The notes under the pieces: model-generated
The model's database searches: none
What the model was told of the DNA's origin: nothing
The model's input: the letters and a program-made list of their open reading frames with translations, nothing else
Shown: in pieces, positions 22,278-24,000 of the stretch
Numbering within the stretch: the first letter of the stretch is position 1
Layout of the letters: each line of letters opens with the position of its first letter
Assembly: GCA_030644725.1 (NCBI GenBank)
Contig: CP130629.1
Coordinates: 1,628,795-1,652,794, forward strand
Source: Candidatus Electrothrix communis
GTDB lineage: Bacteria > Desulfobacterota > Desulfobulbia > Desulfobulbales > Desulfobulbaceae
Direction: 5' to 3'
Length of the DNA: 24,000 nucleotides
Made by a program: the position numbers and the translations under genes

Positions 22278-23355
22278 GATTCATTGATCTCCAGCTAATA
22301 ACATAAAAGTAAAAAATTGAAAAAATCAACCAAGGTAAAAAAGTCTGACCTATTAAGGTGCTATAGGTTGTATTCATTAAATAATAATTAGCGCACAAAC
22401 CTAAATATAAATTTTTTAATCCAAAAGGGATCTCATCATATCTAGCGTACAATTTTATCATCGCCTTGAAATTAATTAATGAAAAAATTATAAAACCTAT
22501 AATACCTAACTGCAACCATAGCTCTATAAAACCATTATGCGACTGTGAAGCGTTCCACATGTTATTCTCATCATTTAATACTCTAAGAAACAGACCTTCG
22601 TCAGGCCAAAAAGCATCAATTCCAGCTCCAGCTAGAGGGTCTTTCATACCTTGAAAATATAAATAATCCCATAAATATTGTCGAATCATAAAAGTATTTC
22701 TTTCAATATTCCTTCCTAGGAATTTTAAAACAACTTCAATAGCAACAGAGAAACGACTACTAAAAAAATACAAGAATGCAGAAATCACATAAAGTATAGT
22801 GATTAATGTAAAATATATTTTTTTTCCGAAACGGAAAAAATGATTTATACTCATCACTAGGATAGCAAAAAAGGTACTGAGCAACATTGTTCCTGACAAG
22901 GAAAAATATAAGCAAACTAATGCTCCTCCCGCCCCCACGATATAAACGATCCTTCTTTTATGAAAAAACAAAAAAAACAAACATATCAAAGAAGTAGAAG
23001 CGCACCGTCCTAATTGATTTTTATGAATATAAATACCATTCCAACCTGCACCAGATGTAGAGCCATCAAGCATGAGTCCCATTGCAGGCTTGAAATAAAC
23101 CACCAGTAAGCTTAAAATTATCCCAATCAATAAGCCAAAGTTAATTATTTTTGCTGCTTCTATATATTTGTATTGAAGTACAATTGAGCAGGAAAATATA
23201 TATGAAAAAAAAATTACAGCACTAGCTGTAATGGAAGACGGCTTATTTTTCGACCATAAAATGGAGAAAATAATATATAAAACGAACATAAAATATATTT
23301 TATCACGACTAATAATGGATACAACCCTTCCTGGTTTAAGAAGAACTATACTCAT
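22264..23355 (-). CDS. O-antigen ligase/polymerase (Wzy_C domain) family membrane protein; the true N-terminus probably extends to 23504 across a homopolymer frameshift
   Basis: Polytopic membrane protein with ..NASQSHNGFIELWLQLGIIGFIIF.., a Wzy_C-type H-N-x-[FY]-[LI]-E motif. An upstream ATG at 23504 encodes MKSNTIDRKKVLFIFLAFAIFLMSSPSDIYNIF.. This joins the ORF frame (..FSEEIWKLIGIIFTIFPMSIVLL..) if the A7 tract at 23404-23410 is read as A8. Confidence 0.8.
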   Translation of the reverse strand: MSIVLLKPGRVVSIISRDKIYFMFVLYIIFSILWSKNKPSSITASAVIFFSYIFSCSIVLQYKYIEAAKIINFGLLIGIILSLLVVYFKPAMGLMLDGSTSGAGWNGIYIHKNQLGRCASTSLICLFFLFFHKRRIVYIVGAGGALVCLYFSLSGTMLLSTFFAILVMSINHFFRFGKKIYFTLITILYVISAFLYFFSSRFSVAIEVVLKFLGRNIERNTFMIRQYLWDYLYFQGMKDPLAGAGIDAFWPDEGLFLRVLNDENNMWNASQSHNGFIELWLQLGIIGFIIFSLINFKAMIKLYARYDEIPFGLKNLYLGLCANYYLMNTTYSTLIGQTFLPWLIFSIFYFYVISWRSMNHGTY

Positions 23356-23513
23356 TGGAAAAATAGTAAATATAATCCCGATTAATTTCCATATTTCTTC
23401 ACTAAAAAAATATTATAAATGTCCGATGGTGAACTCATTAAAAAAATAGCAAACGCAAGAAATATAAATAATACTTTCTTTCTATCAATAGTGTTTGATT
23501 TCATATTTTCCAG

Positions 23514-24000
23514 TTAAAGATATTTCAATTTTATTAATTCATACCTTAATACATTATTTATGTAGGCTTCCTGTTCATACGTGAGATGTTTTTTCCACTC
23601 ATTAATTTTACCTGATCGAAACGTATTTGCCTCACTATCAAAGGAACGATGAACAATATACTGTATATCTTCATCAGAGATGAAGATATCTAAATACCTT
23701 GCAATACCTGCAATTGCATCGAATTGCTTTTCCCTCTCCCCGCCGCCTTTCTCGCCAATTAGCGACTCAAAACTAACTAAATGAACCCCTTCAGTTATCC
23801 ATTTACAAAAAGATCTATAATAGTCTTCAACTGGTGAAATCCCTAGAAATTGACCTGTTCCCAACCCTTCTAAACCGAGAATGATATCCCACAATCCATC
23901 AACCTTGTTCTTATTAACTATTCTATCATGCAGCCTATTGGTTCCTCTATTGATAGCGTGAAAATATTGAGATACTACAATACTTCTTGGGTCACGAACG
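23514..24000 (-). CDS. Sulfotransferase family protein (5' end beyond the window)
   Basis: The frame is open to the window edge. Manual translation upstream of the track ORF gives VRDPRSIVVSQYFHAINRG.. (3'-PB motif R-D-P-R..S). The C-terminal ..FRSGKINEWKKHLT.. is typical of sulfotransferases. Confidence 0.75.
   Translation of the reverse strand, partial: VRDPRSIVVSQYFHAINRGTNRLHDRIVNKNKVDGLWDIILGLEGLGTGQFLGISPVEDYYRSFCKWITEGVHLVSFESLIGEKGGGEREKQFDAIAGIARYLDIFISDEDIQYIVHRSFDSEANTFRSGKINEWKKHLTYEQEAYINNVLRYELIKLKYL

Overview
The window has two compositionally distinct halves.

**Positions 1 to ~12060 (by eye ~50-55% GC): housekeeping chromosome of a Gram-negative bacterium.** A Desulfobacterota-like origin is only a weak guess from protein and repeat flavour. 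Genes, in order:
- a partial FGE/SUMF1-family gene
- a yefM-yoeB toxin-antitoxin pair
- a Uma2-family endonuclease
- hisD
- a DUF2058/YaiL-like gene
- a DUF21(CNNM)-CBS membrane protein
- one continuous ORF fusing a MobB-like P-loop domain to an iron-type alcohol dehydrogenase
- trpS
- two tatA paralogs
- an rlmD/rumA-type methyltransferase
- tatB-tatC

Almost every intergenic gap in this half holds structured repeats of at least three families. One family has the hallmarks of REP/REPIN (BIME-like) elements: a GTAG tetranucleotide plus a palindrome, paired in inverted orientation.

**Positions ~12060 to 24000 (by eye ~30-35% GC): AT-rich accessory region.**
- It opens with an orphan two-gene secreted module on the + strand. 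The first gene encodes an STN-like domain protein with base-perfect 93-bp coding repeats. The second encodes a small secreted protein with two cysteines.
- A minus-strand surface-polysaccharide cluster follows: two glycosyltransferases, a methyltransferase, an epimerase, a hexapeptide acyltransferase, a Wzy_C-type membrane protein and two sulfotransferases.
- A nest of mobile elements interrupts the cluster: a frameshifted IS30-family element, an ISKra4-like element with a 10-bp target duplication, and a 115-bp MITE-like element.
- Three -1 frameshifts sit in A/T homopolymers within two adjacent glycan genes. They are either homopolymer miscalls or slipped-strand switches.

I saw no rRNA, tRNA or CRISPR array, and no recognisable defence system. 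The best candidates for undescribed biology are the secreted repeat-protein module (12335-13614), the non-REP hairpin repeat families, and the MobB::ADH fusion. None of these can be called a new system from sequence alone.
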